64,000 nucleotides of DNA, from NCBI GenBank assembly GCA_964584895.1, contig CAZPAW010000001.1, positions 37,936 to 101,935 of the forward strand, read 5' to 3'. Made by a program: the position numbers and the translations under genes. Numbering within the stretch: position 1 is the first letter of the stretch; every line of letters starts with the position of its first letter. Below the pieces are notes generated by a model, which was not told where the DNA came from, did no database searches, and worked only from the letters and a program-made list of their open reading frames with translations. Shown piece by piece: positions 54,619 through 63,593 of this stretch. The DNA comes from an uncultured Candidatus Saccharibacteria bacterium (GTDB lineage: Bacteria; Patescibacteriota; Saccharimonadia; Saccharimonadales; JAGQNJ01).

Positions 54619-54647
54619 ATATTAGCATATTCTTAGATTATAGTCAA
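54619..54647 (-). promoter_or_regulatory. Promoter P6: TTGACT-ataatctaagaatatgc-TAATAT, 9 nt before the ATG (leaderless or near-leaderless)
   Basis: Read directly. Confidence 0.65.
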
Positions 54648-54659
54648 TGTATATTGTTG

Positions 54660-55427
54660 CTAATCCCTGTTAGCGTCAAGTTCTTTAAAATCATTTTGGA
54701 CTCTTCTTAAAGCATCTGTCGCTCCAGCGGATGCCGCTAGCTTTCCCAAATAGTCCATGGCTTCTTGACCTATTTTAGGGATACCCTCCTTGGCGAGCTG
54801 ATGTCGCAAAATTTCAGCCTCATGCAAAGCCACGTCAATTATGTATTGGGCAATCTTCAAAGAATCCATAAATCGCGGATAAAAATCTAATATTCGGGCA
54901 GTTTCGAGTTCATCTTCGGATAATTTAACGCCCATGAATAGGTCGATCTCCGATGGTAATTGCCTTTTATCATAAACACCAATCCTACCTGTTTCTCCTG
55001 CTTCAACTATTGGATTACTGCTCCCCTCTTCCATGGTCAGACTATCCCAGGTGTCAAACGAATAAGTTGGACGAGGAGCTTTAATAGATGCTTTAAGTTT
55101 GCTCTGCTTAGCAATATCAGAAGCTTTTATTCCGGGGCTAGTTTCGTAAACTCCTGATTCCTGACGATTAGCAATCTGTCTTGCTAACGTTTCTAAAGCA
55201 TCTCCCTGTTGTCGTATATAATCTTCTTCAGTTGTAACATCTTTAGAACAGAAGACTACTTGGTCATGAGGAATACCCATTTGCTCGATAGTCATTTCAA
55301 TAGCATCTGCAACACGCCTAAGAGTAAAATCAGGCAGTTCGCCACGCGTTGTATACATTTCATTATCTAGTAGCACTGGCTCTACCATATGAAGTTCTAG
55401 GGGTTGCTGAAGATTTACCTCTGTCAT
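54660..55427 (-). CDS. Orphan protein (255 aa); leaderless start
   Basis: ORF; TATAAT (minus strand, 55434-55439) lies 6 nt before the ATG. Confidence 0.55.
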   Translation of the reverse strand: MTEVNLQQPLELHMVEPVLLDNEMYTTRGELPDFTLRRVADAIEMTIEQMGIPHDQVVFCSKDVTTEEDYIRQQGDALETLARQIANRQESGVYETSPGIKASDIAKQSKLKASIKAPRPTYSFDTWDSLTMEEGSSNPIVEAGETGRIGVYDKRQLPSEIDLFMGVKLSEDELETARILDFYPRFMDSLKIAQYIIDVALHEAEILRHQLAKEGIPKIGQEAMDYLGKLAASAGATDALRRVQNDFKELDANRD

Positions 55428-55495
55428 AGATGTATTATACCATTATTATTATAAAATAGCTAACTATATGTATTCCAACTTTTTTAATATCGGCA

Positions 55496-55753
55496 TTACT
55501 CAAATCTGATAAGAGATTTTAAAAAAGCGGCCGTAATAGCATCCGCTTGTGTTGAGGTCGGCTCCTGCACTATATCCATGTAACTTAACCTGCCATCATG
55601 AGGCTCAATAAGCGTTACTACATCTGCGGATTCTAGTAATTCATTTACCGAAGGTCCGTCGTACACATAACCATCATCGACGGGTTTATTAGGAAACTGA
55701 TATAGTTGCGCACGTAAAAAATCACTCATATTTGGCATATACCATAATTGCAA
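55496..55753 (-). CDS. Small hypothetical protein (the start may be an internal Met, MSDF...)
   Basis: ORF. TTGACA-N17-TATGGT lies immediately upstream and overlaps the first ATGs. Confidence 0.45.
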   Translation of the reverse strand: MQLWYMPNMSDFLRAQLYQFPNKPVDDGYVYDGPSVNELLESADVVTLIEPHDGRLSYMDIVQEPTSTQADAITAAFLKSLIRFE

Positions 55754-55765
55754 AAGGATTAATTG

Positions 55766-57124
55766 TCAATAGCCTAGTTTCTTGAGTGCGTTTTTAGCCT
55801 CTGATATTTCATCCCAAGGGTCTTCTTTTACTCTATCTGGGTTATGGTCGTCTTGTTTAAGGTGGCGCAGTTCAGCCGCGCGTGGACCGTTGCGCAAAAT
55901 ATCTTTCTCATGCCCTTTACCAAGCAACAATACCGTATCGCCTTTTTTGGCTCGCCCGAGCGAAAATTTTATCGCCTCTGTTCTGTCATGCACCAAAAAC
56001 ATATTCTTATCACGCAACTTGCCTTCTTTTTCAGCGCCTTTTGCGATAGCATCCATAATCTCCTGGCCGTCAATATCTCGATCGTCTTCCTCTGTTATAA
56101 CTATCTCGTCAGCATATTTACCGGCAAGTCGCCCCATGGTCGAGCGCTTACCTTCATCTCGTCGACCGGCAGAACCAAACATCACAATCAATTTACCTTT
56201 GACAACAGGTTTAATATCTTTAAATAGTTTTTCAAAACTATCAGGCGTATGGGCATAATCAACGATTACATCAAATGACTGACCCTCGTCTATCCTCGTC
56301 ATTCGACCTTCTACACCTTGTAAGGCATCTATCCCTGTCTCTATCTGATCCTTGCTAAGTCCAATTGTCCGACCTACGCCCACTGCCGCCATAGAATTAA
56401 ACACATTAAATGTGCCGGGCAAATGACAGGTTATCCAATACTCATCCTTTCCAACAACAGCCGCATAACGACTACCTGAAGGCTTGAGATCAATATGTTT
56501 TGCTCTTATATCACCCTCTTTGACCCCATAAGTTAAATGATTTTTAACATCAACACTAAAAAGTCCAGCACTTGGGTCTTCCCCATTAATTATCCCAGTT
56601 CTTAGACCTTTTTTGTTTTTATTGGCTAGTTTAAACAACATTCGCTTTGCATCACGATAATTTTCAAATGTCCCGTGATAATCCAAATGTTCGTGAGTCA
56701 CATTAGTCATTACAGACACACTTATAGGTACTCCCCAAATACGATGTTGAGCCAAAGCGTGTGATGTAACCTCAAGCACCAGCCATTCTACATTTTTGCT
56801 ACGCATATACTTTAATCTCTTGGCTAGCTGGCCGGGTGAAACACTAGTCATATGCTCGACTTGCGGTTTTATATCGTTATTTACCCCATAAGCAACGGTG
56901 GTCATCAGCCCGGTTTTTAGACCGGCTTCTACCATCATTTTTTGAATCAAAAATGCTGTGCTCGTCTTGCCGTTTGTCCCAGTAACCCCTATTACTTTCA
57001 TCTTTCGAGCCGGAAAACCATTTACTATATTTATCAAAATTGCCTCACACAAATGGCCAAACGGCTCTACTTTTTTAAAAAGCCCAGTTGGAATAATCTT
57101 TTTTACAATCCCTCGAAAGTTCAT
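55766..57124 (-). CDS. Mur ligase family protein (MurE-like)
   Basis: IGVTGTNGKTSTAF P-loop and VDYAHTPDSFEKL. The GSAGRRDEGKR variant replaces the usual GCGGDRD motif. Confidence 0.8.
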   Translation of the reverse strand: MNFRGIVKKIIPTGLFKKVEPFGHLCEAILINIVNGFPARKMKVIGVTGTNGKTSTAFLIQKMMVEAGLKTGLMTTVAYGVNNDIKPQVEHMTSVSPGQLAKRLKYMRSKNVEWLVLEVTSHALAQHRIWGVPISVSVMTNVTHEHLDYHGTFENYRDAKRMLFKLANKNKKGLRTGIINGEDPSAGLFSVDVKNHLTYGVKEGDIRAKHIDLKPSGSRYAAVVGKDEYWITCHLPGTFNVFNSMAAVGVGRTIGLSKDQIETGIDALQGVEGRMTRIDEGQSFDVIVDYAHTPDSFEKLFKDIKPVVKGKLIVMFGSAGRRDEGKRSTMGRLAGKYADEIVITEEDDRDIDGQEIMDAIAKGAEKEGKLRDKNMFLVHDRTEAIKFSLGRAKKGDTVLLLGKGHEKDILRNGPRAAELRHLKQDDHNPDRVKEDPWDEISEAKNALKKLGY

Positions 57125-57147
57125 TATTCTCCAGTATACTAGTTTTT

Positions 57148-58221
57148 ATGTTAGTTTTGGGAATTGAAACTAGTTGCGATGAAACAGCGGCGTCTGTTGT
57201 TGAATTCGCTGGACAGCGAAGGCTTTCCCTTTTGTCCAATGTAGTTGCTAGTAGCATGAATTTACACGTTCAGTACGGTGGTGTTGTGCCAGAAATCGCC
57301 GCACGTTCGCATATCGAATCCATAAATCCAGTTATAAACCAAGCATTAACAGAGGCAAAATACACGTGGGATGATATCGACGGAATAGCGGCTACCTATG
57401 GTGCTGGGCTTGGCGGATCGCTATTAGTCGGGGTTATGGCCGCCAGAACTTTAGCGATTATTCATAAAAAACCTCTGTACGCCTGTAATCACGTGGAAGG
57501 GCATGTCTACGCTAACTTTTTAACCAACACTACTCTCGCAAACTATAATCTACCTTCTATCCAACCAAGTTTTCCTCTGTTAGCTTTGATTGTCAGCGGT
57601 GGGCACACGCAGCTAGCTTGGTTTGAAAATCATTTTAACTATCGATTACTAGGTAGGGCACGCGACGACGCCATAGGTGAAGCTTTTGATAAAGTTGCAA
57701 AAATTCTTGGACTCCCCTACCCCGGTGGCCCGAGCATTAGTAAAGCCGCCATGGATGGAAATCCTGATAAGTATAAATTTACCAAATCAAAACTAGACAG
57801 CCCATATGATTTTAGCTTTTCTGGGCTTAAAACAGCCGTTTTGAGACTTGCTCAAGCAGAAATTGGCAAAGATTACACATTCCCTTCTCAAAACATCGCA
57901 CATCACCTTACAAAAGCTCAAATTAACGATATCGCCGCCAGCTTCCAAAAAACAGCTATAGAAACAGTGGTAGATAAAGCCCTCCTAGCTTACGAAGAAT
58001 TTTCGCCAAAAAGTGTGGTAATTGCAGGGGGTGTGGCAGCCAATCAAGAACTACGATGGCAATTATCACAGCGACTACCCTGCCCTATCGAATATACTGA
58101 CCCAAAACTATGTACCGACAACGGCGCAATGATCGCCACTCTTGGTTGCTACAAAATGAAGTTCAGCCAATCTGCTGCCGACCCCTACAATTTAGATATA
58201 TCACCAAACTTATCTATGTAG
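57148..58221 (+). CDS. tsaD: tRNA N6-adenosine threonylcarbamoyltransferase
   Basis: VLGIETSCDETAASVV, CNHVEGH and GGVAAN. Confidence 0.93.
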   Translation: MLVLGIETSCDETAASVVEFAGQRRLSLLSNVVASSMNLHVQYGGVVPEIAARSHIESINPVINQALTEAKYTWDDIDGIAATYGAGLGGSLLVGVMAARTLAIIHKKPLYACNHVEGHVYANFLTNTTLANYNLPSIQPSFPLLALIVSGGHTQLAWFENHFNYRLLGRARDDAIGEAFDKVAKILGLPYPGGPSISKAAMDGNPDKYKFTKSKLDSPYDFSFSGLKTAVLRLAQAEIGKDYTFPSQNIAHHLTKAQINDIAASFQKTAIETVVDKALLAYEEFSPKSVVIAGGVAANQELRWQLSQRLPCPIEYTDPKLCTDNGAMIATLGCYKMKFSQSAADPYNLDISPNLSM

Positions 58222-58251
58222 TATTACAGTACTGGTATTCTTTTGTCAATA

Positions 58252-58487
58252 TTGTGTCTCTGTTATTTGTTTGCTAAAATGGTTATGAAAACAAAAACGA
58301 GGGTACCGCTAGTAAGTCCATACTAGTTGATCTTTTTAAACAAAATTATTGGTCGTGGGAAATTTTGTAAAAAGGCTTTAAAAATTAAGTCCTGTTATTA
58401 GTTTGTGCTTCTTTCACGTGAAACCCCTTAAGTTTTAAGGAGGTTTTTTTATTTTATGAGCCCTAACAGATGTGGTACTCTAGTTAA
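58252..58487 (+). promoter_or_regulatory. valS promoter (TTGTGT-N17-TAAAAT) and about 200 nt of structured leader, with an SD-sequestering hairpin and an 11-codon uORF overlapping the valS ATG
   Basis: Hairpins at 58309-58326 and 58341-58367; palindrome TTTCACGTGAAA at 58412-58423; CCTTAA-gtt-TTAAGG(AGG)-T7 at 58426-58450; uORF at 58456-58491 (ATGA overlap). Confidence 0.5.
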
Positions 58488-61049
58488 ATGAAGTTAGATA
58501 AGGTGTACGAACCGGCTAAGCAAGAGAAAAAGATCTATACCTTATGGGAAGAGCGCCAAGCCTTTATACCTAAAAACAGGGGTGGCAAAACAACCTTCAG
58601 TCTCGTTATTCCGCCGCCAAATGCCAATGCTAATTTGCATATTGGCTACGGATTGACACTAGCTATCGAAGATATTGCAGTCAGATATCACCGTATGAAA
58701 GGTGAGGCTACTCTGATGCTGCCAGGAGCGGATCACGCTGGATTCGAGACCCAAGTGGTATATGAAAAACACCTAGCCAAACAAGGGAAATCGCGATTTG
58801 ATTTCACTAGAGAAGAGTTATACCAGCAAATCTGGGACTTTGTAACAGAAAATAAAGAAAATTATGAATCACAATTCCGTAAACTCGGGGCCAGCCTAGA
58901 CTGGAGCAAATACGTCTACACATTAGACAAAAAAATAGTAAATCGTGCCTACAAAACATTCCAAAAAATGTGGAATGACAAGTTGATTTACAGAGGTGAA
59001 AGACTCGTAAACTTTTGTACACACCACGGCACAGGTTTTGCCGATATTGAAGTGTCGTATAAAAATAAAAAGAGTCATTTATGGCATATAAAGTACCCAC
59101 TAACTGATGGCAGTGGGGAAGTTATTGTAGCCACTACTAGGCCAGAAACAATGTTTGGCGACACGGCCGTAGCAGTTAACCCCAAAGACAAAAAATATGC
59201 TAAATTTGTAGGCAAAACTATAAAACTACCTCTCACAAACCGCGAAATCCCGATTATTGCTGATGAGATGGTTGATACCGCCTTCGGAACCGGTGCGGTA
59301 AAAATCACGCCAGCCCATGATCAAAATGACTTTGAAGTCGCAAGTCGCCATGATCTACCAATGATTACAGTCATTGATTTTGACGGAAAGATGAATCACG
59401 AAGCACCAGAAGCTTTCGTTAATCAACCCGTTGATGACGCTAGAAAAGCAACAGTTGATGAGCTGAAAAAACAAGGGCTCTTAGTTAAAGAAGAACCTTA
59501 TGAACATAGCGTAGGCCACTGTTATAAGTGCGGTACGGTTATCCAGCCACTATTACGCGATCAATGGTTTATTGACGTAAAACCTCTTGCAAAAAAAGCC
59601 ATAGAGATCCTAAAAACTGACAAGATCAAATTTTATCCTGACAACAAGAAAGGCCAATTAATCCTGTACCTAGAAGGGCTGAGAGACTGGAACATCAGTC
59701 GCCAAATTGCTTGGGGAATTCCGGTGCCAGCCTTTCAAAATATCGACGAACCAGGGGATTGGATTTTTGACGATAGGGTAGAGAGAGAAACGATCACGGT
59801 CGGGAACAAAACCTACGCCCGAGACCCTGACGTCTTTGATACATGGTTTTCTAGTTCTAGCTGGCCTTATGCCACGCTTGGCTATCCTGACGACGAAACT
59901 TTCAAGCAGTTTTACCCACTCAGTCTAATGGAAACGGCTGCCGACATCCTCTACCCATGGGTATCGCGCATGATCATGCTCGGTCTTTATGTAACAGGGG
60001 AGATTCCGTTTAAAGAGGTCTACCTACATGGCCTAATTCAAGACGAACATGGCGCCAAAATGAGCAAGAGTAAAGGCAACACCGTCGACCCTCAAATTAA
60101 AGTCGATCAATATGGATCAGATGCCTTTAGAATGGGGATTATTGCTGATGAAACAGCAGGGAACAACCGACCATATGATGAGAGTAAAATAGTTGGTGCT
60201 AGAAACTTTTGTAACAAATTATGGAACGTAGCGCGCTTTATAGAGGACAAACTTGACGACAACCTAAATTCAAAATCAGAGCCTAAACCATCATCAATAG
60301 CTGATTATTGGATGTTGAGCATCTTACAACAAGCAACAGAAAAAATTAGCAAAGATTTGGACAATCACCGTTATGCCAGTGCCTACGACACACTTTATCA
60401 TTTAGTGTGGGACGACTTTGCCGATTGGTATATCGAAGCTTCAAAATCAGAACCAAATGTACTGTTGCTTGTCGAAAGTCTATATACGATTCTTAAACTA
60501 GCGCATCCTTTCGCGCCGTTTTTAACAGAGGCGATTTGGCAAAACTTTCATAAAGAAACAGATTCGATTCTTGCAATCGAAAGCTGGCCAACTGCTTTAT
60601 CGTCCGATAATAACTCGGCAGAACAATTTAGTAATATCCAAAAACTAGTAATAGAAATACGCCAACTAAAATCAGCCTTAAAAATTAAAAAACCTACCCT
60701 GTTTCACGAAGGAGACAACTTCATCGCATCTAACAGCGACCTAATATCGCAACTTGCCGGATTGAAATCTATCGAGGTTGTAAAAGAGGGAAGTGGACTA
60801 AAAATAGCTAGTCCTAACTATGACGCCTGGCTAGACGTGTCGGATGAGAAACTAGATTCCTATTTAGATGAATTAGAGAATAAAATCGGTGAGACCAAAG
60901 ACCGCATCAACGCACTACAAAAAAGATTATCCAACAAATCATATGTCGACAACGCACCAGAGAGTGTCGTAAACCAAACAAAAGATGAACTAAAACTAGC
61001 AGACATCTCGCTTAACAAACTCCAATCTGAGCTTAAAAAACTAAACTAA
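58488..61049 (+). CDS. valS: Valine--tRNA ligase
   Basis: 853 aa; PPPNANANLHIGY (HIGH region), KMSKSKGN and a C-terminal coiled coil. Confidence 0.96.
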   Translation: MKLDKVYEPAKQEKKIYTLWEERQAFIPKNRGGKTTFSLVIPPPNANANLHIGYGLTLAIEDIAVRYHRMKGEATLMLPGADHAGFETQVVYEKHLAKQGKSRFDFTREELYQQIWDFVTENKENYESQFRKLGASLDWSKYVYTLDKKIVNRAYKTFQKMWNDKLIYRGERLVNFCTHHGTGFADIEVSYKNKKSHLWHIKYPLTDGSGEVIVATTRPETMFGDTAVAVNPKDKKYAKFVGKTIKLPLTNREIPIIADEMVDTAFGTGAVKITPAHDQNDFEVASRHDLPMITVIDFDGKMNHEAPEAFVNQPVDDARKATVDELKKQGLLVKEEPYEHSVGHCYKCGTVIQPLLRDQWFIDVKPLAKKAIEILKTDKIKFYPDNKKGQLILYLEGLRDWNISRQIAWGIPVPAFQNIDEPGDWIFDDRVERETITVGNKTYARDPDVFDTWFSSSSWPYATLGYPDDETFKQFYPLSLMETAADILYPWVSRMIMLGLYVTGEIPFKEVYLHGLIQDEHGAKMSKSKGNTVDPQIKVDQYGSDAFRMGIIADETAGNNRPYDESKIVGARNFCNKLWNVARFIEDKLDDNLNSKSEPKPSSIADYWMLSILQQATEKISKDLDNHRYASAYDTLYHLVWDDFADWYIEASKSEPNVLLLVESLYTILKLAHPFAPFLTEAIWQNFHKETDSILAIESWPTALSSDNNSAEQFSNIQKLVIEIRQLKSALKIKKPTLFHEGDNFIASNSDLISQLAGLKSIEVVKEGSGLKIASPNYDAWLDVSDEKLDSYLDELENKIGETKDRINALQKRLSNKSYVDNAPESVVNQTKDELKLADISLNKLQSELKKLN

Positions 61050-61061
61050 AAATTAAATATT

Positions 61062-61496
61062 TTGCTTGTGCTTGCAAATATTCTATCAACGCGTGATCTG
61101 TCCAATAATGCCGTCGACATTTGGACTTTTAATGAATATAACGCTGAAACCATTCTTGCCGAGGTGCCGATTCAAGAGTTGGGTAGATTAGTGGTTTGGT
61201 TTGGTCAGAAAATACTAACACCCAGAGAAATTACAATGATGAAAAGATCTCACTCGACAGTCGATTTAAATTTAGGGTCAGATTTAGCCTTAGCTACCAA
61301 CACCAGATTTCTCCTTGGGGCAAGCCAAAGACAAAAAGGTGATGATAATCCTTTAACTACTGCTCTAATTGAAAGATCTAAGCCTAGCCGAGATCTAGGT
61401 CACGGAGGTAATGAACAGTGGTTATTCCCCTTGAAATCTCTCGAACTTGGTGTAATCACTAGCGAAGAGTTTTTAGAGGAAGGGTCCTCTGTTTAA
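61062..61496 (+). CDS. Hypothetical protein (weak; non-ATG start in the track)
   Basis: ORF only; its 3' end overlaps the convergent gene by 4 nt. Confidence 0.3.
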   Translation: MLVLANILSTRDLSNNAVDIWTFNEYNAETILAEVPIQELGRLVVWFGQKILTPREITMMKRSHSTVDLNLGSDLALATNTRFLLGASQRQKGDDNPLTTALIERSKPSRDLGHGGNEQWLFPLKSLELGVITSEEFLEEGSSV

Positions 61497-62350
61497 TACT
61501 CTAGGACTTGTTTGACGCGTTCTACGCTGTCTGAAGCTCGATAATCATCAAACCAAAGAACTTTCCAGTCCATGCGTTCTGCGGCCATTAGATTGGCTCT
61601 AGTGTCGTCTATTAGCAGTATTTCACTCGGTTTCACGCCAGCTTTTTCTTCGGCTAGATCATAAATCTTTTTCTCAGGTTTTATTGCATGCACCTCAGAG
61701 CTATCGATAATTACATCGTAGTCAATATTTGGAATAATCCCACTCTCGAGTAATCTATCAATCACCCCTGGCATGCTGTTACTACAGAGTCCAACTTTGT
61801 AATGTTCATGTGCCCATTGCACTAACTCATGCATTTCTTTTATCGGATCAACAGCCTCAAGGTAATATTCTTGCCAAGCGACATTGTCTTTGCCAAGCTG
61901 ATTAGCTAGTATATTGTTAAATTCGTCCATGCTAATCTCGCCCCTGTTAATTTCGTCATTATAACGCCAAAAAACCGACTCAATCTTCTCTAGCGACACA
62001 CCTGATTCAGATGCCAACCGCGTAAATGCCCTGTGAAAAAACCGCACCAAGCATCCGTTAATGTCAAAATAGACAAATCTGATTCCACTTTTAGAAATCT
62101 TTTTCTCAACCACCCCTCCAATTTGTCGCCCAAGCAGACTATCAACCGATACTCCAATAACATCGGCGATTTTCTCAACCGTAAAGACTGACGGCGATTT
62201 AATAGCTCCTCGCTCGATTTTTGCTAATGTTGAATACGACAAATCAGCTTTATCGCACAAATCTTGTTGAGTTAAGCCAGCTTTTTGACGTGCCTCTTGC
62301 AAACGTTTACCAAACTTCTCAACTACTTGCTTTTCACCCACATTATCCAT
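61493..62350 (-). CDS. XRE-family HTH domain fused to a HAD-like hydrolase domain
   Basis: FGKRLQEARQKAGLTQQDLCDKADLSYSTLAKIERG, then FVYFDINGCLV ... LLIDDTRANL. Confidence 0.75.
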   Translation of the reverse strand: MDNVGEKQVVEKFGKRLQEARQKAGLTQQDLCDKADLSYSTLAKIERGAIKSPSVFTVEKIADVIGVSVDSLLGRQIGGVVEKKISKSGIRFVYFDINGCLVRFFHRAFTRLASESGVSLEKIESVFWRYNDEINRGEISMDEFNNILANQLGKDNVAWQEYYLEAVDPIKEMHELVQWAHEHYKVGLCSNSMPGVIDRLLESGIIPNIDYDVIIDSSEVHAIKPEKKIYDLAEEKAGVKPSEILLIDDTRANLMAAERMDWKVLWFDDYRASDSVERVKQVLEY

Positions 62351-62406
62351 TGACCTTATAATACTAGTTTTTGGTATGAGAGGGAAGTACTATTAGCGCT
62401 TTAATG

Positions 62407-62589
62407 CTAGCTTAGCATTTGTTGCACTATAGAAAGAACTGCAAGCATAGCTACAAAACCAAACGCTCCTGCAATACCAGCCACTACTAAAGAATTTGTA
62501 GTGTTACTACCAGTGCGCCTCATCATATACGAATACACCCAGGTACCGCCCCCAGCTGCAAATAAAAACGCGACAAGTACATTCGACAT
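62407..62589 (-). CDS. Small two-TM membrane protein
   Basis: 60 aa, almost entirely hydrophobic. Confidence 0.45.
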   Translation of the reverse strand: MSNVLVAFLFAAGGGTWVYSYMMRRTGSNTTNSLVVAGIAGAFGFVAMLAVLSIVQQMLS

Positions 62590-62666
62590 ATCAATATAAT
62601 ACCACTGAGTTCGACTTATCTAGTACATGAAGTATACGTATAATTGGTTATCGGTATTGGTAAGCC

Positions 62667-63062
62667 TTAGTTTATTCGAAGTTTTTCAGCAAGTTTTGCC
62701 AAAGATTCATGATCTGGCTCTGACTGCATATCTTGTTGCTGGCGAAGCTCATCAGAATGATTAAAGGGGATTAGTTGTACGTGCGCATGAGGCACATCTA
62801 CACCAACAATCCTCTCGCTAACATACGAAAAGGGGAGTACTTCGCGCAAATGTAAGGCTACGGTTTTAGCCGTCTTCATGACTGCCTGATAGTCCTCATC
62901 AGGTAGATCCCAGACAAACTCAACCTGATTTTTTGGCACAATTAGGGTGTGTCCATCGGCAATCGGGTGAATATCTAAAAAGGCAATCGTCTTATCATCC
63001 TCATAAATCTTGTGACAAGGAATCTCACCCTTAATAATCTTGGTAAAAATCGAATCTGTCAT
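62667..63062 (-). CDS. HIT-family nucleotide hydrolase/transferase (H-x-H-x-Q variant)
   Basis: IFTKIIKGEIPCHKIYEDD...; the motif is PHAHVQLIP rather than HxHxHxx. Confidence 0.85.
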   Translation of the reverse strand: MTDSIFTKIIKGEIPCHKIYEDDKTIAFLDIHPIADGHTLIVPKNQVEFVWDLPDEDYQAVMKTAKTVALHLREVLPFSYVSERIVGVDVPHAHVQLIPFNHSDELRQQQDMQSEPDHESLAKLAEKLRIN

Positions 63063-63082
63063 ATCCCTTATTATAAACTAAA

Positions 63083-63110
63083 TAAAAAGAGAGGCTTATA
63101 TTACCTCTCT
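63083..63110 (-). terminator. Rho-independent terminator after the 63131-63547 gene
   Basis: Minus strand: AGAGAGG-taatataag-CCTCTCT-TTTTATTT. Confidence 0.6.
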
Positions 63111-63130
63111 TTATAAGGAAAACTTATTGT

Positions 63131-63547
63131 TTATTTATCGCCACGTATATGTGCTGGTGATCTAAAAACCCGCTTCGAATATCGTGGATCATTAACGTTC
63201 TCCGTCTCTACACTACCGTCTTTTCTAGCTTTATAATGTATTGTCAACGGACCATTTTGATCCCTTTCTCCATGAATTCCTTCACGCCTTCGAACTCCTG
63301 TTTGTGCTGTTGCTTTTGCATTTTCTCTAATCTCATCGGCAACCGCCTCTGCTGAAGCTCCAGAAATCACACTCATTTTTTCGACGTAAGCATGATTAGC
63401 CATCGCTGTTTCTGCTAGGGCACCTTGCGCTTGAGCCCAGCGATCCATTTCTTGTCTTCGCGCCTCTGCTTCAGGTCCCTCAGCCGCAGCTACCATCTGC
63501 ATAGCATTAAATTTACTTTCGTCTACTTGTGGAGCTTGTTCACTCAT
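63131..63547 (-). CDS. Orphan helical protein starting MSEQAPQ
   Basis: ORF behind promoter P7. Confidence 0.6.
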   Translation of the reverse strand: MSEQAPQVDESKFNAMQMVAAAEGPEAEARRQEMDRWAQAQGALAETAMANHAYVEKMSVISGASAEAVADEIRENAKATAQTGVRRREGIHGERDQNGPLTIHYKARKDGSVETENVNDPRYSKRVFRSPAHIRGDK

Positions 63548-63593
63548 TTTTTATTCCTTTTTTTATGTTTTTATTCTTGTCAGTACTAGATAC

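Noticed and set aside
55782-57257. ORFs overlapping the Mur ligase gene and the tsaD start (55782-56258, 55844-56227, 56942-57167, 57075-57257)
   Set aside because: They are shadows or overlaps of confidently identified genes.
58221-58249. Minus-strand TTGACA-N17-TAATAC promoter-like sequence pointing antisense into the tsaD 3' end
   Set aside because: The hexamers and spacing are good, but no downstream minus-strand ORF or structure is evident. It may be fortuitous in AT-rich DNA, or it may drive an antisense RNA. Sequence alone cannot decide.
58302-58309. GGTACCGC, identical to the core of the T-box motif, upstream of valS
   Set aside because: It lies about 25 nt from the presumed TSS and about 120 nt upstream of the terminator-like hairpin. 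A T-box would sit in an antiterminator immediately 5' of that hairpin. The preceding bases read GGGU rather than UGGN. I could not identify a specifier loop or an AG bay. I keep it only as a note inside the leader finding.
58285-58326. 13-codon ORF (MKTKTRVPLVSPY, two GTA Val codons) at the 5' end of the valS leader, considered as a Val-sensing leader peptide
   Set aside because: The ATG is only 4 nt after the -10 hexamer, so it is probably not on the transcript. Two Val codons are not enough for attenuation logic.
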